Shown here: in pieces, positions 31,625-41,708 of the stretch
Position numbering within the stretch: position 1 is the first letter of the stretch
Layout: every line of letters starts with the position of its first letter
Origin: Candidatus Kapaibacteriales bacterium
Lineage (GTDB): Bacteria > Bacteroidota > Ignavibacteria > Kapaibacteriales > UBA2268
Direction: 5' to 3'
Assembly: GCA_965661945.1 (NCBI GenBank)
Contig: CBFIFP010000001.1
Location: 777,103-841,102, forward strand
Length of the DNA stretch: 64,000 bases
The notes under the pieces: model-generated
What the model was told of the DNA's origin: nothing
Databases searched by the model: none
Seen by the model: only the letters and a program-made list of their open reading frames with translations
Position numbers and translations under genes: made by a program

Positions 31625-33018
31625 AAAAAATAATAATATTGATTGCAATACTTAGTATTTTGCAATCTTGTAATATTCACGAGCAATATACAAGAACAGA
31701 GGTTGATAAATACACTCATACCATAAAAGATACAACAGAGAGACATTATTATGCTAATTCGCCTCGTAACAAAGAAGATGGCGTCGTAAATCCATCAAGT
31801 AGAGATATTTATAAAACAGATAGAGTAACACAGTATGATAGTATTACTGTAAGAAAATATCCTAATTTTATAAGATTAGGACTGTTTGAAAGCGTTGGTA
31901 TCTTCGGAGGAGATGCGTCTAATGCTATTGGTGGTGGAATCTTTGGACTACACATAGACCCTACCAAAGGACTAGACCCCTCTTATAGAGGCAGCGAAGC
32001 TAAGTCATTTTTAACAGGTGGTATTTACAGGGTTGGAGTAGTCGAAAAACGATTAAGATGGTTTGAAGATTCTAAAAACTGGACTTATGGCTTTACAGCT
32101 ATGGAATTAATAATGCCAGATGCTCATTTAGAAAATGCTTTACTAAGCTTTGCTAATTTTAATGTTACAAAAAGATATTATTTTAAAACTGATATACCTT
32201 ACTTTGCTCTTGGGCATAGATTTGGAATAGGAGCTTTTCCAAGCCAATATGGAAAATTAGAGGGTTTTGCTGAACTTGGTTCATTAAGCGGATTAAATTT
32301 AAGGCTTTATGTTGGATTAGCACAAGGTATAAATAGAGAAACATCTACACTAATTGAAAATAACGAGTTTGCAACTGAAACAACTTATCCTACAGTCTTT
32401 TATGGTGGTCTTGGAGTTTCATATTTTGATTTTATTAATATAGTGCCAGAAACTTATCGCGTGTGGGAAGACATGGAACACTCTGCCTGGAGAATTGGTT
32501 TGGCAGAAGCCAGTGTATTCAGAACAAACTCAGAAACTTCATACTTCGAAGGAGATAACCCAATTATTCAGGGCTTTGCTTTTAAATTTTTGACTTCTAA
32601 TATTTCTATACCTCAAATTGATGAAAGACTATATGTAGGAACCTCTCTAATAAATTTAATGTATTTAGGAGGAACATCTATGGGATTAGGTATAATGCCA
32701 TTAAGAGTTGGTTGGTTTCAGCAAATCATGAAAGATGAACTATTTATTGACCCTTTTATTGAATATAATTATTTCCCTTCAAGATTTTATAACATAGGAG
32801 CTAAATTGTCTCTTATTTTTCCGCCGCTTCCAAAACATACATTAAACTTAGTAGCAGGTTATGCCTCTGGAAATGCGATTGGAGCATTGGCCGTTAATGA
32901 ATTTGGTAATAACGACTTTTTTGATGGATTTAGAGAGTTTGGAAACTTTTATTTTGGATTCCAAATCGGGCTTTATGAAAAATTGTTCCAAAGCAAAGAT
33001 TTAAAACATAACAAATAA
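31621..33018 (+). CDS. hypothetical lipoprotein
   Basis: 465 aa. Lipobox signal MKKIIILIAILSILQSC. Gly/aromatic-rich with no recognisable domain. ATGA overlap with the FAH gene stop. Confidence 0.5.
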   Translation: MKKIIILIAILSILQSCNIHEQYTRTEVDKYTHTIKDTTERHYYANSPRNKEDGVVNPSSRDIYKTDRVTQYDSITVRKYPNFIRLGLFESVGIFGGDASNAIGGGIFGLHIDPTKGLDPSYRGSEAKSFLTGGIYRVGVVEKRLRWFEDSKNWTYGFTAMELIMPDAHLENALLSFANFNVTKRYYFKTDIPYFALGHRFGIGAFPSQYGKLEGFAELGSLSGLNLRLYVGLAQGINRETSTLIENNEFATETTYPTVFYGGLGVSYFDFINIVPETYRVWEDMEHSAWRIGLAEASVFRTNSETSYFEGDNPIIQGFAFKFLTSNISIPQIDERLYVGTSLINLMYLGGTSMGLGIMPLRVGWFQQIMKDELFIDPFIEYNYFPSRFYNIGAKLSLIFPPLPKHTLNLVAGYASGNAIGALAVNEFGNNDFFDGFREFGNFYFGFQIGLYEKLFQSKDLKHNK

Positions 33019-33024
33019 AATTAG

Positions 33025-33915
33025 ATGATAGAAAAAACAATTGCAATTTATACACTGCCCTCAAAACCTGAGGCAAAAATTTATGCTAAAGAAGCAGCTC
33101 ATATTTTAAATGAATTAGGTGTTAAAGTTATTGGTAATGAAACCTTTTGTGATTCAATTAACCAATCTGAATTTCCCTTTATCTCTGAGTGTAGCGATTC
33201 TGATTTTGAAAGGAAAGCTGATATGCTAATCTCCTTTGGTGGAGATGGTACAATGCTTAGTGCATCTAAAATACTTATAGATTCTGGCGTACCAGTTATG
33301 GGATTCAACGTTGGGAAATTAGGTTTTTTAGCTGAATATCCAACTTCTCTTTTAAAAGAATCACTAATCGACTTAGTTAATGGCAACTACAGAATAGTAG
33401 AAAGAAGTATGTTAGAAACTCAAATAAAAGGTAAAACATACTTTGCTTTAAATGATTGTATAATGGAGAAGAAAAATACTTCAAGAATGATAACTATTAG
33501 TGCTTTTTCGAACGACCACCATGTTGCAGATTACAGAGCAGATGGCTTAATTTTAACTACTCCTACTGGCTCTACCGCATATTCACTTTCATGTAACGGT
33601 CCTATAATTGTACCTGGAACTCCGGTTTTTTGTCTTACTCCTATTTCTCCACATACCCTAACACTTAGACCACTTATAATACCTAATACATCAGATGTAA
33701 AAATGATTGTAAGCTCACCTACTGGTGAATCTAATTTTGTGATTGACGGGCAAGACGTATTAGTAGTAAAAGACGGTGAAGAAGTTATAATTAAAAAATC
33801 AACTGCAGTTGTAAAACTTGTAAAACCTTTAATTTCATCATATTTTGATCTTTTAAAAGAAAAACTATTATGGGCCTCTCAAATTCCTTTTGACAAGCAT
33901 AAAGTTGATAAATAA
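33025..33915 (+). CDS. nadK: NAD(+) kinase
   Basis: GGDGTML, NxGxLGFL, the NDCIMEK-equivalent region and DGLILTTPTGSTAYSLSCNGPI are NAD kinase motifs. Confidence 0.85.
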   Translation: MIEKTIAIYTLPSKPEAKIYAKEAAHILNELGVKVIGNETFCDSINQSEFPFISECSDSDFERKADMLISFGGDGTMLSASKILIDSGVPVMGFNVGKLGFLAEYPTSLLKESLIDLVNGNYRIVERSMLETQIKGKTYFALNDCIMEKKNTSRMITISAFSNDHHVADYRADGLILTTPTGSTAYSLSCNGPIIVPGTPVFCLTPISPHTLTLRPLIIPNTSDVKMIVSSPTGESNFVIDGQDVLVVKDGEEVIIKKSTAVVKLVKPLISSYFDLLKEKLLWASQIPFDKHKVDK

Positions 33916-34020
33916 TTAAAATAATTGAAGTTAAAATAAATGATTATAAATCGTTAAAAGTTAAATATTATATTTCATACAATATTAAGGTATATAAAAA
34001 ATAAGCTCTTATATGTTAAT

Positions 34021-34824
34021 CTATAAAATATAATCCAACTCAAATGTAAGACCATCATAAGCAAGGAATATACTCTCTGGAAGTTCCTTGCTTAGTTTTG
34101 AATGAGATATTTGATGAGCTAAATGAGTAAAATATGTAGAATTTGGATTTAACTTTTTAGATACTTCAATAGCTTCTTCTATTGTAAAATGAGTAGGATG
34201 CGGGTGAAATCTTAATGCATCTAAAATTAAAATATCAAGGTTTTGAAGTTTATACATCGACTCGTCTGATATGTAATTAGTATCAGTACAATAAGCAAAA
34301 TTACCAATTCTAAATCCAAGAACTTCAATTTTACCATGCATCATTGGTATTATTTCAAACTTAATATCTCCAATAATAAAATCATCTCTATCTATTTTAT
34401 TTATCTCAAATAATGGCAATCCACCACCAACTTGCACTGCCTCTCCAAAAGCATAAGAGAAGGTCTTCTTAACAGACCTAAGGGTTGAATCATTAATATA
34501 AATCGGAGTAGGTTTGTGTTGAATAAAATTATAAGCCCTTATATCGTCAAAACCTCCAATATGGTCAAAATGTTGATGTGTGAAAACAATAGCGTCTAAT
34601 TTATCAACATTAAATTTAATCATTTGCTGTCGGAAATCTGCAGAAGTATCAATCACTACAGTAGTATTATTTGTTTCAATAAGAAGAGAGCATCTGAGTC
34701 TTTTATCTTTTAAATCATTTGACTGACAAACTGAGCATTTACATCCAATAGTTGGAATTCCTGATGATGTTCCCGTTCCCAATAGTGTAAATCTTATTCT
34801 ACCTTCTTCTACTTTTTTTAACAT
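34021..34824 (-). CDS. MBL-fold metallo-hydrolase (PhnP-like, with N-terminal Cys cluster)
   Basis: HQHFDHIGG (HxHxDH) metallo-beta-lactamase motif. The N-terminal GCKCSVCQ cysteine cluster resembles PhnP-type phosphodiesterases. Confidence 0.65.
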   Translation of the reverse strand: MLKKVEEGRIRFTLLGTGTSSGIPTIGCKCSVCQSNDLKDKRLRCSLLIETNNTTVVIDTSADFRQQMIKFNVDKLDAIVFTHQHFDHIGGFDDIRAYNFIQHKPTPIYINDSTLRSVKKTFSYAFGEAVQVGGGLPLFEINKIDRDDFIIGDIKFEIIPMMHGKIEVLGFRIGNFAYCTDTNYISDESMYKLQNLDILILDALRFHPHPTHFTIEEAIEVSKKLNPNSTYFTHLAHQISHSKLSKELPESIFLAYDGLTFELDYIL

Positions 34825-34888
34825 TAAAATTTAGCTTTTTTATTAAATATTGAACAAAAATAAACTTGAAATAAGAAAGATATTAAGA

Positions 34889-35785
34889 TTAAGCTCTTGG
34901 ATGAGCTTTCTTATAAATATCTTTTAATCGGTTTACAGTATTGTGTGTATAAATTTGTGTGGTAGAAAGCGATGAATGACCTAACATATCACTCACAGAA
35001 TTTATATCTGCTCCACCATCCATAAGATGTGTAGCAAAAGTATGACGCAATACATGAGGTGATTTTTTATCAGAATTAACTTTACCTTGCAACATTCTAT
35101 TGATTATTCTATAAGCACCTGATGGGTCTAATTCATTACCATTTTTAGTTAAAAATAACTTTGATTTTGTTGATTCATTTATTAACTGAACTCTATAAGT
35201 TATATAAGAAACAAGTGCATCTTTAGCTTTATTTCCAAGAGGAACAATACGCTGTTTTCTACCTTTTCCCGTAATTTGAAGTAAATTTGTACCTATTGAA
35301 ATATCTTTTACACGAAGAGAAAGTGCCTCCGAAATCCTCAATCCACTACTGTATAATAACTCAAATAAAGCATAGTTTCTTGCATCTAAGGGGCTATCAA
35401 TTTTATAATTATTTAAAATATTATCCATCTCTGTTTTTGTAATAAAAGATGGCAGCTTTTTATCAATTTTAGTAGTAAAAATTGGTGATGCTGGATTAGT
35501 ACTTATAAATTCTCGTTTATTCAAAAATTTAAAGAATGACTTAATCGAAGAAGTTTTTAACCTAATCGAATTTTTACTCAACCCTTTATCATCTAACCAC
35601 CCAAGAAAGGGTCTAATATCTTCTGTATCTATTAATGATATATCAACTTCTTGCTCATATTCTTGCATCAAATAATCAGCAAAGTCCTCCAATGCCTTAG
35701 AATAAACAAGTAAGGTATGCTCAGAGTAATTCCTTTCATTCTTACAATATGTTAAAAATAATTCAATAGATTTTAATAAATTCAT
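34889..35785 (-). CDS. xerD: tyrosine site-specific recombinase XerC/XerD family
   Basis: 298 aa. It has the RISEALSLR box and the C-terminal HVLRHTFATHLMDGGADINSVSDMLGHSSLSTTQIYTH with the catalytic Tyr. Housekeeping neighbourhood. XerD versus XerC cannot be distinguished by eye. Confidence 0.75.
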   Translation of the reverse strand: MNLLKSIELFLTYCKNERNYSEHTLLVYSKALEDFADYLMQEYEQEVDISLIDTEDIRPFLGWLDDKGLSKNSIRLKTSSIKSFFKFLNKREFISTNPASPIFTTKIDKKLPSFITKTEMDNILNNYKIDSPLDARNYALFELLYSSGLRISEALSLRVKDISIGTNLLQITGKGRKQRIVPLGNKAKDALVSYITYRVQLINESTKSKLFLTKNGNELDPSGAYRIINRMLQGKVNSDKKSPHVLRHTFATHLMDGGADINSVSDMLGHSSLSTTQIYTHNTVNRLKDIYKKAHPRA

Positions 35786-35909
35786 AAGTTTTTGTGTACT
35801 GTTTTTATTAATAATAACGCAATTATTGTTCCATTATTTTATATTTTATAATACTTTGTTTTTTTTTTCTTAATTTTGTAATTATTTTCACTTAAATATC
35901 GGAGATTTT

Positions 35910-36338
35910 TTGGTAGTAAATCAAAAGAAAGAAGAGTTTTCAGACGATCTAAAGTTAGCAATTCTTTCAGCACAACTATGTCAAGATAAATTAGCCGATG
36001 ACGTGCTAATCCTTGATTTAAAACATATTGACACAGCACCAACAGATTATTTTGTAATTTGCAGTTGCGATTCTGCTCCTCAAATGGACGCCATAACTGA
36101 TTTAATCCAACGCACAACAAAAGATTATAAACTTCAAAAACCACACATCGAAGGTTTAGAAAGTTTAGAATGGGTGCTTTTAGATTATTTTGATGTTGTT
36201 ATCCATCTAATGCTCAAACCAGTGCGCTCATTATATAAATTAGAAAAATTATGGGGTGATGCTGAATTTTATACAGTAAATGATGATGCAGATTTATTGC
36301 CTGTAAAATTTGATGATATTCTTAGGATTTATGAATAA
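35910..36338 (+). CDS. rsfS: ribosomal silencing factor RsfS (Iojap family); TTG start
   Basis: 142 aa. The DVLILDL...DYFVICSCDSAPQMDAI...WVLLDYFDVVIHLM pattern matches RsfS. A GGAGA RBS lies 5 nt upstream of the TTG. Confidence 0.8.
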   Translation: MVVNQKKEEFSDDLKLAILSAQLCQDKLADDVLILDLKHIDTAPTDYFVICSCDSAPQMDAITDLIQRTTKDYKLQKPHIEGLESLEWVLLDYFDVVIHLMLKPVRSLYKLEKLWGDAEFYTVNDDADLLPVKFDDILRIYE

Positions 36339-37984
36339 TGGAAAAAGATTATTTATTTGATATTTTTAAAAATGCACTTAATAAATTAGATGTAACTGAT
36401 ACAAGTATTTTAGGCTTTGAAACTCCAAATAATCCTGAATTTGGTGATATAGCTACCAATGTTGCGATGCAATTAGCACGTACTTTGAAAAAAAACCCAA
36501 GACAAATTGCAGAAGATATTATCAATAACTTAGAATATAATTCAGAAGTAATTGAAAATGTTAATGTTGCTGGAGCAGGATTTATAAATGTGAAATTTTC
36601 TCCTGTCTTTTATGATATTTTATTTGAAAAAATCAGACAATCTGGTAAACATTTTGGTAAACAAGATGTTGGTAAAGGTATTAAAGTAAACGTAGAATAT
36701 GTTAGCGCTAATCCAACAGGACTTTTGCACTTAGGTCACGGAAGAAATGCTGTTGTAGGTGATACCGTAGCTAATTTATTTGAGTGGATGGGATATGATG
36801 TCACTCGTGAGTATTACTTTAATAATGCAGGTAATCAAATGAATAATCTTGGTAAATCTATTTATGCAAGATATATGCAAATAGATGAGCCAGAATTTGA
36901 ATTCCTTGAAGATGGTTATCATGGCGAGTATATAAAACTGATTGCACAAGACTTATACAAAAGCAATCCAACTAAATATAAATACCTTGATGAAAAATCG
37001 GAACTCTTTGCAGAGCTTAGAAAAGCTGGAGAAGAATGGTGTTTCTCTAAAATTAAAGAAACTCTTAAAAATCTAAAAATAAAGCAAGATGTTTTTTATA
37101 ATGAAGACTCTCTTTATAAAGAAGGAAAGATTGAAAATGTACTTAATACATTAAAAGAAAAGGGTTTATCTTATGATAAAGAAGGTGCTGTATGGCTTAA
37201 ACTTTCTGAAATGGGATTAGACCAAGATAGAGTAATAGTAAAATCATCTGGCGAGCCAACTTACAGATTACCTGATATTGCTTATCATATTGAAAAATTC
37301 AAACGTGGATATGATATTCTTGTTGATGTATTTGGCGCTGACCATATAGCAACAATTCCAGATGTTATGCAAACTCTCGAACATCTTGGATATGATAAAA
37401 GTAAAATAAGTGTATTAATTCACCAATTTGTAACACTTACAGAAAACGGCAAGCAAGTTAAAATGTCTAAACGAACTGGAAAAAGTTATACTTTAGATGA
37501 TTTACTCGAAGAAGTAGGACCCGATGTAGTTCGCTTTTTCTTCATAATGCGTAGTATCACAACTCACTTAGAATTTGACCTTGGGCTAGCAAAAGAGCAA
37601 AGTGATAAAAATCCAGTATTTTATCTTCAGTATGCTCATGCAAGGGCTTGTTCAATCTTTGCAAAAGCCAGTGAGCAAGATATTACATTAAATGAAAATT
37701 ATAATTATAAATTACTAAGAGACGAAGCAGAAATAAACTTAATTAAGCAAATAATTAGATTTCCTGAAATTATATCAATTTCCTGCGATAAACGTGAGTC
37801 ACATATTTTGGCTGAATACTTAAAAGAAGTTGCATCAACGTTTCACAAATTCTTCCATAATTGCAGAATTTTAGATTCGGAGCAAGAGCTAAGGGATGCG
37901 CGATTACAATTAGTAAATATGACAAAAATAGTTATGAATAATGGGCTTACAATACTTGGAATAAACGCTCCAGAGAAGATGTAA
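36338..37984 (+). CDS. argS: arginine--tRNA ligase
   Basis: 548 aa. The class I HIGH-type motif PTGLLHLGHGRNAVVGD and KMSKRTG are present. The start overlaps the rsfS stop (TAATGG). Confidence 0.9.
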   Translation: MEKDYLFDIFKNALNKLDVTDTSILGFETPNNPEFGDIATNVAMQLARTLKKNPRQIAEDIINNLEYNSEVIENVNVAGAGFINVKFSPVFYDILFEKIRQSGKHFGKQDVGKGIKVNVEYVSANPTGLLHLGHGRNAVVGDTVANLFEWMGYDVTREYYFNNAGNQMNNLGKSIYARYMQIDEPEFEFLEDGYHGEYIKLIAQDLYKSNPTKYKYLDEKSELFAELRKAGEEWCFSKIKETLKNLKIKQDVFYNEDSLYKEGKIENVLNTLKEKGLSYDKEGAVWLKLSEMGLDQDRVIVKSSGEPTYRLPDIAYHIEKFKRGYDILVDVFGADHIATIPDVMQTLEHLGYDKSKISVLIHQFVTLTENGKQVKMSKRTGKSYTLDDLLEEVGPDVVRFFFIMRSITTHLEFDLGLAKEQSDKNPVFYLQYAHARACSIFAKASEQDITLNENYNYKLLRDEAEINLIKQIIRFPEIISISCDKRESHILAEYLKEVASTFHKFFHNCRILDSEQELRDARLQLVNMTKIVMNNGLTILGINAPEKM

Positions 37985-38055
37985 AAAAGAATTATTGACA
38001 TTTAATTTATCGTCATATTGTTTTTGGAGATTTAGAAAAATTTTTGCCGAAACAT

Positions 38056-38253
38056 TTAATATTTTTTAGATTTTACTATTAATGTTTTATCAAAAGACAC
38101 TTTTTTCTTTAACAATTCTTCTGCATATTTCAGTTCAATATTTATCAAATTCGCAAATACATCAATGCTGATACCTCTCGCATCTAATTCATCTGCAAGA
38201 ATTTCTCTTGGATGGGTGTGGTTTATTTTTATGGAATTAAATATTATTTTTAT
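38056..38253 (-). pseudogene. HigA-like (XRE-HTH antitoxin) reading frame without a start codon; probably a decayed antitoxin
   Basis: Manual minus-strand translation gives IKINHTHPREILADELDARGISIDVFANLINIELKYAEELLKKKVSFDKTLIVKSKKY*. HPxEIL followed by an HTH-like stretch is the HigA-family N-terminal signature. The frame is open for 66 codons after a TGA with no ATG/GTG/TTG. Confidence 0.35.
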
Positions 38254-38287
38254 TCAAATTCTTGAAATTAAATTAACTTGCTTTTTT

Positions 38288-38720
38288 TTAATTCTTTACA
38301 TCAAGAAGATTCTTATCTCCTGTAATTATATATCTAGCTTTTGATTCAAAGGTAATTTCAATCAAAAAGCTATCTTTTGGTCTCGTAAAAATTTTAATTT
38401 ATTGGGTATATTAACATATTTAAGGTTATATCTAAATAAGATTATTAAATTATTTATATCTTCAGAACTAAGATTTTTGTTTATCTTTGGTTTGCTTATA
38501 GTGTTAATTAATTCAGGAATCTGTTTTTTAAGTTTTAATGCTTGTTTGTTTTTATTATCAATTATATCTAACAAATCTTTAAAAGATATACTTAATAAAA
38601 TACTTATCTAAATATTAGTATCAAATACACTCATATACATCTCTTTTCTTGTAGATTTTACTAAACTAAAAATTTCTTCTTTGCTTATATCAATATTTTT
38701 ATTCATTTCTACCAATAAAT
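38288..38720 (-). pseudogene. PIN-domain toxin (TIGR00305-like) pseudogene: in-frame TAG plus a 1-bp frameshift
   Basis: One minus-strand frame reads MNKNIDISKEEIFSLVKSTRKEMYM-SVFDTNI-*(TAG at 38608-38610)-ISILLSISFKDLLDIIDNKNK...KLKFLRD. A -1 shift near 38379-38385 (one c missing from a gaccc run would join RD+PKD) then continues PKDSFLIEITFESKARYIITGDKNLLDVKN*. Both the N-terminal hFDTNhh and C-terminal A.YhhTGDKDLL PIN signatures are present. Confidence 0.45.
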
Positions 38721-38734
38721 TCCTCCCCTCTTTC

Positions 38735-39724
38735 TCACCCCACCAAGCCCATCTCTATCATTTTTTCGGCGATTTGCACAGCATTTGTTGCGGCTCCTTT
38801 TCGCAGGTTATCCGATACTACCCAGAGGTTGAATGTTCGCTCAAAGTCTGCTTCTTTTCTTACTCGTCCAACATAAACTAAGTCCGAATGTTCGGCATCT
38901 TGAGGTGTTGGATAATTGAATATATCGCCTTCTTCTATTAACTCAATTCCTTCGACAGATTTGATTATTTCTTTTAATTCTTTAACACTTACATCTTTTT
39001 TAGTTTTGATTTGAACTGATTCTGCGTGTCCGCCTAATATTGGCAATCTAACGCAAGTGAAACTTGTTTTAATATCATTAGTTCCAAGTATCTTACGAGT
39101 TTCTTTGTGCATCTTATTTTCTTCATTTGTATTCCCATTTGGCTCAAGAGGGTGAAAAAGAGCATTATAGGCAATTCGTAAAGTTCCATCAGAATAGAAG
39201 TGGTCATTGATTTCTTGGGCGAGTTTATCCACTCCCTTCTGCCCAGCACCACTTATTGATTGGTAAGTAGAGCAAATAATCGACTCCAAACCAACTTTAT
39301 CCATTATTGGCTTTAATGCTACAACTAATTGAATTGTAGAGCAGTTAGGATTTGCTATTATATAATTATGATTTTTAAGAGCATCTGGGTTTACCTCTGG
39401 CACAACCAAAGGACAATTTTCATCCATACGCCAGGCAGAACTATTATCAATCACAATTGTTTTATTTTTAGCAGCAATAGGAGCATACTTTTTACTCGTT
39501 TCGCCACCTGCAGAAAACAGAGCAATATCAATATCTTGGAAAGAGTCTTCAGTTAATTCTTCAACCTTATATTCCTCCCCTTTAAAATTAATTGTACTGC
39601 CCGCAGACCTACTTGAGGCAAGTAATCTTAAATTTTTAATCTCAATATTTCTTTCTTCTAATAATTTAAGCATTGTACGACCAACAAGACCAGTCGCACC
39701 TACAACTGCTATATTATGAGCCAT
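38735..39724 (-). CDS. asd: aspartate-semialdehyde dehydrogenase
   Basis: 329 aa. N-terminal Rossmann VVGATGLVGRTML, the catalytic Cys region NPNCSTIQLV and a C-terminal His are present. Confidence 0.9.
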   Translation of the reverse strand: MAHNIAVVGATGLVGRTMLKLLEERNIEIKNLRLLASSRSAGSTINFKGEEYKVEELTEDSFQDIDIALFSAGGETSKKYAPIAAKNKTIVIDNSSAWRMDENCPLVVPEVNPDALKNHNYIIANPNCSTIQLVVALKPIMDKVGLESIICSTYQSISGAGQKGVDKLAQEINDHFYSDGTLRIAYNALFHPLEPNGNTNEENKMHKETRKILGTNDIKTSFTCVRLPILGGHAESVQIKTKKDVSVKELKEIIKSVEGIELIEEGDIFNYPTPQDAEHSDLVYVGRVRKEADFERTFNLWVVSDNLRKGAATNAVQIAEKMIEMGLVG

Positions 39725-40522
39725 TTACACACCAATAGTATTTATAAATTTAGGAAAAGTAAAATGTTCGATTGAGTAAGCTTGACCCGTTTCTTCATCA
39801 AAATTAATTGAAACGCCATTAATTTTCATATCATCTGTTGCCATTTCGTATTTATGCGCAGTTTGAAGTATATACCTACGAATTGCAATTTGAGAATCCA
39901 TACCAATAACAGAATCGTGAGGTCCTGTCATTCCAACATCACTGATATATGCGGTTCCTTTTGGCATAATTTGGGAATCTGCTGTGGGAATATGTGTATG
40001 AGTACCAACGATTGCAGTTACTTCGCCATCAAAGTTTTTTGCAAATGCCATTTTTTCTGCTGTTGCTTCAGCATGAAAATCAACAAATATATTATTTGTA
40101 TGCTTTTTTATATTTTTGAAGGCATTTTCTGCAGCTTTAAATGGACAGTCTATAGATTGCATAAAAGTTCTTCCTTGAAGTTGTATTACTCCAATTTTAA
40201 TATCGCCAATATCAATAATTGTATAACCTTTCCCTGGGTTCCCAGATGGATAATTCAAAGGACGTAAAACATTTCCATTAGAAGCAAGAAGTGGTCTTGA
40301 TTTCCAATTTTCCCAAATATGATTACCTGTAGTAATTACTGAAAATCCTGCATCAAACAAAACATTTGCCTCTTGCTCATTTAAGCCCTTTCCATTCCAA
40401 ATATTTTCGCCATTTGCAATCATCACATCTGGCTTATATTTTTCTTTCAACTCACCCAAATTATCAACCAGAAACTTCAACGCATCATCGCCAACTATAT
40501 CGCCAATAAAAAGTAAATTCAT
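39725..40522 (-). CDS. YmdB-family metallophosphoesterase (2',3'-cyclic-nucleotide 2'-phosphodiesterase-like)
   Basis: 265 aa. LLFIGDIVG...ANGEN...TGNHIWE...VDFHAEATAEK...GTHTHIPTAD is the TIGR00282/YmdB pattern. Confidence 0.75.
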   Translation of the reverse strand: MNLLFIGDIVGDDALKFLVDNLGELKEKYKPDVMIANGENIWNGKGLNEQEANVLFDAGFSVITTGNHIWENWKSRPLLASNGNVLRPLNYPSGNPGKGYTIIDIGDIKIGVIQLQGRTFMQSIDCPFKAAENAFKNIKKHTNNIFVDFHAEATAEKMAFAKNFDGEVTAIVGTHTHIPTADSQIMPKGTAYISDVGMTGPHDSVIGMDSQIAIRRYILQTAHKYEMATDDMKINGVSINFDEETGQAYSIEHFTFPKFINTIGV

Positions 40523-40541
40523 TATAAATCCTAAATATTAA

Positions 40542-41708
40542 TTACCAAATAAGAGAATCAAAAGCTGCTTTTGCTGATGATTTTACTTCATCTAACTCAT
40601 TACCAATCAACGTAATATGCCCCATTTTTCTTCCAACTCGAGAACTTTTCTTGTTATACAAATGCAGCTTTACTTTATCATATTTTAGCAAATCTAACAC
40701 ATTACTCGGAACTCCACTACCTTCTCTTTCGCCAAGTAAATTAATCATAATTGCATAATTATTAACCATTTCAGTAGAGCCGAGAGGCAATCCTAAAATT
40801 GCTCGCATACCATTCTCAAACTGCGAAGTAAAACACGCTTCAATTGTATAATGTCCTGAGTTATGGGGTCTTGGAGCAATCTCATTAACTAATATATTTC
40901 CACTTTCATCAATAAACATCTCTACTCCAAAAACACCAACTCCATCAATCGATTTCACACACTCAACCGCTAAATCCTTTGCTTTTTGTTGATATTCAGC
41001 ATTAATTTCAGCAGGAGCAATAACCTGATGGCAAATATGATTCTTTTGAATAGTCTCAACACAAGGGTATGTTTTTATTTCATTATTACTACTGCGAACC
41101 ACCATAACAGCAAGTTCCCTAGTGAAATTCACAAATTGCTCAGCATAAAGTGGTCGTTCAATTTTATTATTTGGATTAAAGTATGTAAATCCATTTTTTG
41201 CGTCTTCTTCATTTCTAACGGTATAATTACCATACCCATCATAACTATATTTTCTTGCTTTTAAAACATAAGGAAAGCCAAATTCTTTACCAAAGTTTAT
41301 CGCATCGTCAATTGAATTAATATCGCCATAATTTGGAACATTTATTCCTGCATTTTTAAAAGTATTTTTTTGAATAAACTTATCTTGAATTAGAGAAATA
41401 GTTTTAGATGACGGAAAAACAGGTCTGGATCTTTCAATATATTCCAAAATACTTGGAGCAATAAATTCATTTTCAAGTGTTATTATATCACTTTCTTCAA
41501 TAAACTTATCTAATTCATCAGTACTTTCCCAGCCATTACCAAATTCATAAGAAGTCATATCACCAGCTGGAGTTTCAAAACTTTTATCAATTGTTACTAT
41601 ATTTAATCCCATTTTATAAGCTTCCTGAGCAAGCATTTTTGCTAGTTGTCCCGCGCCTAATACACCAAGGTGAAGAGGATAACCCTTTTTTAAATTTGAT
41701 TTTAACAT
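40542..41708 (-). CDS. purK: N5-carboxyaminoimidazole ribonucleotide synthase
   Basis: 388 aa ATP-grasp. VLGAGQLAKML..., VLKARKYSYDGYG, and NEIAPRPHNSGHYTIEACFTSQFENGMRAILGLPLG match PurK (NELAPRVHNSGHWT...SQFE). Confidence 0.8.
   Translation of the reverse strand: MLKSNLKKGYPLHLGVLGAGQLAKMLAQEAYKMGLNIVTIDKSFETPAGDMTSYEFGNGWESTDELDKFIEESDIITLENEFIAPSILEYIERSRPVFPSSKTISLIQDKFIQKNTFKNAGINVPNYGDINSIDDAINFGKEFGFPYVLKARKYSYDGYGNYTVRNEEDAKNGFTYFNPNNKIERPLYAEQFVNFTRELAVMVVRSSNNEIKTYPCVETIQKNHICHQVIAPAEINAEYQQKAKDLAVECVKSIDGVGVFGVEMFIDESGNILVNEIAPRPHNSGHYTIEACFTSQFENGMRAILGLPLGSTEMVNNYAIMINLLGEREGSGVPSNVLDLLKYDKVKLHLYNKKSSRVGRKMGHITLIGNELDEVKSSAKAAFDSLIW

Noticed and set aside
34889-35785. XerC/D recombinase as a marker of an integrated mobile element
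   Set aside because: No flanking direct repeats, cargo or att-like sequences are seen. Neighbours are housekeeping (MBL hydrolase, rsfS-argS), so it is most simply the chromosomal dimer-resolution recombinase.
35839-36144. 101-aa minus-strand ORF overlapping rsfS
   Set aside because: It is antisense to a conserved RsfS CDS and has low-complexity translation.
38362-38881. ORF-track entries 38362-38574 (minus), 38402-38611 (plus) and 38681-38881 (plus) as independent small genes
   Set aside because: The minus-strand 70-aa ORF is the middle fragment of the PIN-domain pseudogene (it continues in-frame upstream past a TAG and downstream after a -1 shift). The plus-strand ORFs are its antisense and run into asd antisense.
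39034-40267. ORFs inside or antisense to asd and the ymdB-like gene
   Set aside because: They overlap confidently assigned CDSs and are Cys/Phe/Ile-rich AT-codon artefacts.
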